Assembly (NCBI RefSeq): GCF_009834535.1
Contig: NC_045697.1
Span: forward strand, 59,646,001-59,710,000
From: Camelus ferus
Lineage: Eukaryota
DNA length: 64,000 nucleotides
Direction: 5' to 3'
The notes beneath the pieces are model-generated. The model saw only the letters and a list, made by a program, of their open reading frames with translations, made no database searches and had not been told where the DNA came from. Both the position numbers and the translations under genes were made by a program. Positions 62,017 to 64,000 of this stretch are shown piece by piece; the first letter of the stretch is position 1; each line of letters opens with the position of its first letter.

Positions 62017-63049
62017 CAGTTAGTTAGTTTCTGATTTGTAATGTGATTTGTAGAAAGTCTGAGGTTATATTGTATGGTAGTGATCAGTGATTCAGGTATT
62101 ATGTGTTATTGACTGGAGACGGTTCAATGTGCATCAGAAATCAAGCAGCCAGATGCAGAACTGAAACCTTCACACAGAAATTGAGAAGTGTGAAAAACAT
62201 CTCACCAATATGGATAATCATCCCAACTCTAACGTGATTTGCCCCAATACAATTCTTTTTCATTTTTACAAGACCCTTATGAAGAAATATTTTTATTAAC
62301 ATTGTTAAGAATTAGGGCTAGTTTTCAAGATTACTAAGTACCTAGCCCAAGGGCTTTTCATTAAATTGACTCAAATATTCAAATATATTCTGACTATAAA
62401 GATATAAACTTCATATGCTAAATGTTAAATATAAAAAAGTTTTTATCTTAACATAAAGATGAAATAATTTAGAAATATAGAAACAAATATGAAATAAAGT
62501 AGAACTTAGGGTGTATTTTACAAATCTATTACTGTGGATATCCTACACTTAATTCTTTTTCTTAATAGCAAACTGGTGTTCTTTTAGAGATTTACTACCA
62601 AATTATGCTCCATCTTGATGAGATTGTTGAAGAAAGTTTTCTATTCTCTCACTACAAAAATTAAACAATAGTCTGATATTTTCTCCACTATATTCATATT
62701 CTCAATGTCAATGAGTGCTCAGGCAGTAGATTTACTCTCTAGTCTAAGGGACTGAGAATATAGAACAAGTAGTGCAAGAAAGAAAATGTTACTCAGAGCC
62801 TGATGTCAAGTGTTTCCAGTGACCTTCAGGGGCTAACTTATTTCTGACTGTTTTCAAGCCTGTTTCTTTTATTCTTTTGAAATAAATGTGCTTTAAGGAT
62901 AAATATTTAACAGGCATGGTAAAGGGCTAGCATGTTGCAGTTATCATGAGAATTAATTGTTTCAATTAGGAGTTGATTTATAAGCTAAGTGTATCATTGT
63001 CTATATGTCTATGACACGCAGACCTATGTCTACATCTCTAAGTCTAAAA

Positions 63050-63700
63050 AGCACACCTATTCATGGTTTATATATGTTGAAGAGGTCCAAAGTGTGGAGG
63101 GGCAGGAGAAGGAGAACAGCATCTTTCAAAAATGATGTTGGTATTTTCTTTAGGAAACTTGAAGTCAAACTCTAGTATTGCTTCTGCAAGTTCTGTATAC
63201 TAATGTAAGTAATAATATGAAGGATGTGATAGTGCCTGGAAGAGTCCAAATTTTGTAGAAGGGAAGTATGAAAAGAAATGAACCAGACAGTCAGGGGTTG
63301 TCAAAGAAAAGGATAATTTCAGTTGAGGCTTGAATGTGGTGTCATTACTGATAGTGTTTGAGATCTGAATGTACGAATTGATAGGTGAGAAAAGGTGAGG
63401 AATAAGGTCACTGGAGGTGAGGAAGTCAAGGAAATAAGATACTAGGGTGCTGGGAGAATCAGAATCGCTATTAAAAATCACAAGGCATGTGTAGCAATGA
63501 ATAAAAGTCTAGAAAACAGAGTTCTAATGTCTTCAAGGAAGAGAAAGCATAACAGGGAGAATAGCTGCAATGTGCAGAGAGTGCTGGTACTGTGTGTTTT
63601 AGGAAAACTGAATTCTCATTAGAAAGGGGAAAGTACTGATCTAGAAATAGAAATAAAAAGCAAAGGCAGATAACAGGTGGTTGTGGTGGGGTTCTGGCTA
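63050..63700 (-). mobile_element. L2 relic
   Basis: ggtcactggaggtgaggaagtcaaggaaataagatactagggtgctgg...attaaaaatcacaagg typical of antisense L2 ORF2. Confidence 0.55.
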
Positions 63701-63838
63701 GGTGTCAAAAGCATGGTGAAATCAAGTGCATCTTCTCCCTTTAACGTATAATGGGGTCTCAGTAAATATTTACAGAATGAAAGAATGGTAAAGTATAAAA
63801 ATCAATCAATTCAGATGAAACAGAAGGGACTCGGGCCT

Positions 63839-63980
63839 TATCTTAGTCAGCCTGGACTACTATAACAAAAATACCATAGAGTGAGTGGCTTAAACAAACA
63901 TTTATTACAGTTCTGGAGGAAAGAAGTCCAAGGTCAAGAGGGTGACAGGTTTGGTATCTGGTAAGGTCTCCTTCCTCACC
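63839..63980 (-). mobile_element. MLT1A/B-like MaLR LTR fragment
   Basis: tcttagtcagcctggactactataacaaaaataccatagagtgagtggcttaaacaa...cagttctggagg...aagtccaaggtcaag. Confidence 0.85.
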
Positions 63981-64000
63981 AAACATCATAGGCCATTTTT

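Noticed and set aside
1..64000. Protein-coding genes from the six-frame ORF track
   Set aside because: All ORFs are under 135 aa and many start at non-ATG codons. The recognisable ones are frameshifted L1 ORF2 relics or their antisense frames, and the rest show no domain I recognise.
1..64000. CRISPR array, operon, prophage or other prokaryotic system
   Set aside because: No regularly spaced direct repeats or gene-dense tracts. Composition and repeat content are clearly mammalian.

Overview
AT-rich, CpG-depleted eutherian (mammalian) genomic DNA, not prokaryotic. Much of the window is decayed interspersed repeats: L1, L2, HAL1, MIR, MaLR/ERV solo LTRs, Tigger and hAT MITEs. A tRNA-derived SINE resembling camelid Vic-1, artiodactyl-type L1 3' ends, and no recognisable Alu, B1/B2, Bov-A/BovB, PRE-1 or SINEC copies suggest a camelid (camel/alpaca/llama/vicuna) genome; this is inference. 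No intact protein-coding gene, RNA gene or CRISPR array is supported. The ORF track consists of L1 ORF2 relics, their antisense frames and chance ORFs, so the window is most likely intergenic or part of a long intron. The best-supported points of interest are two 5'-inverted (twin-primed) L1 insertions, several nested insertions with readable TSDs, and an intact MER41-like ERV1 solo LTR. Weaker candidates are a few repeat-free, motif-dense blocks that may be enhancers and an unexplained ~60-bp CpG-rich islet. I do not find credible evidence for a previously undescribed biological system. Repeat subfamily names come from my recall of consensus sequences, not from a database search, and boundaries of old repeats are approximate.
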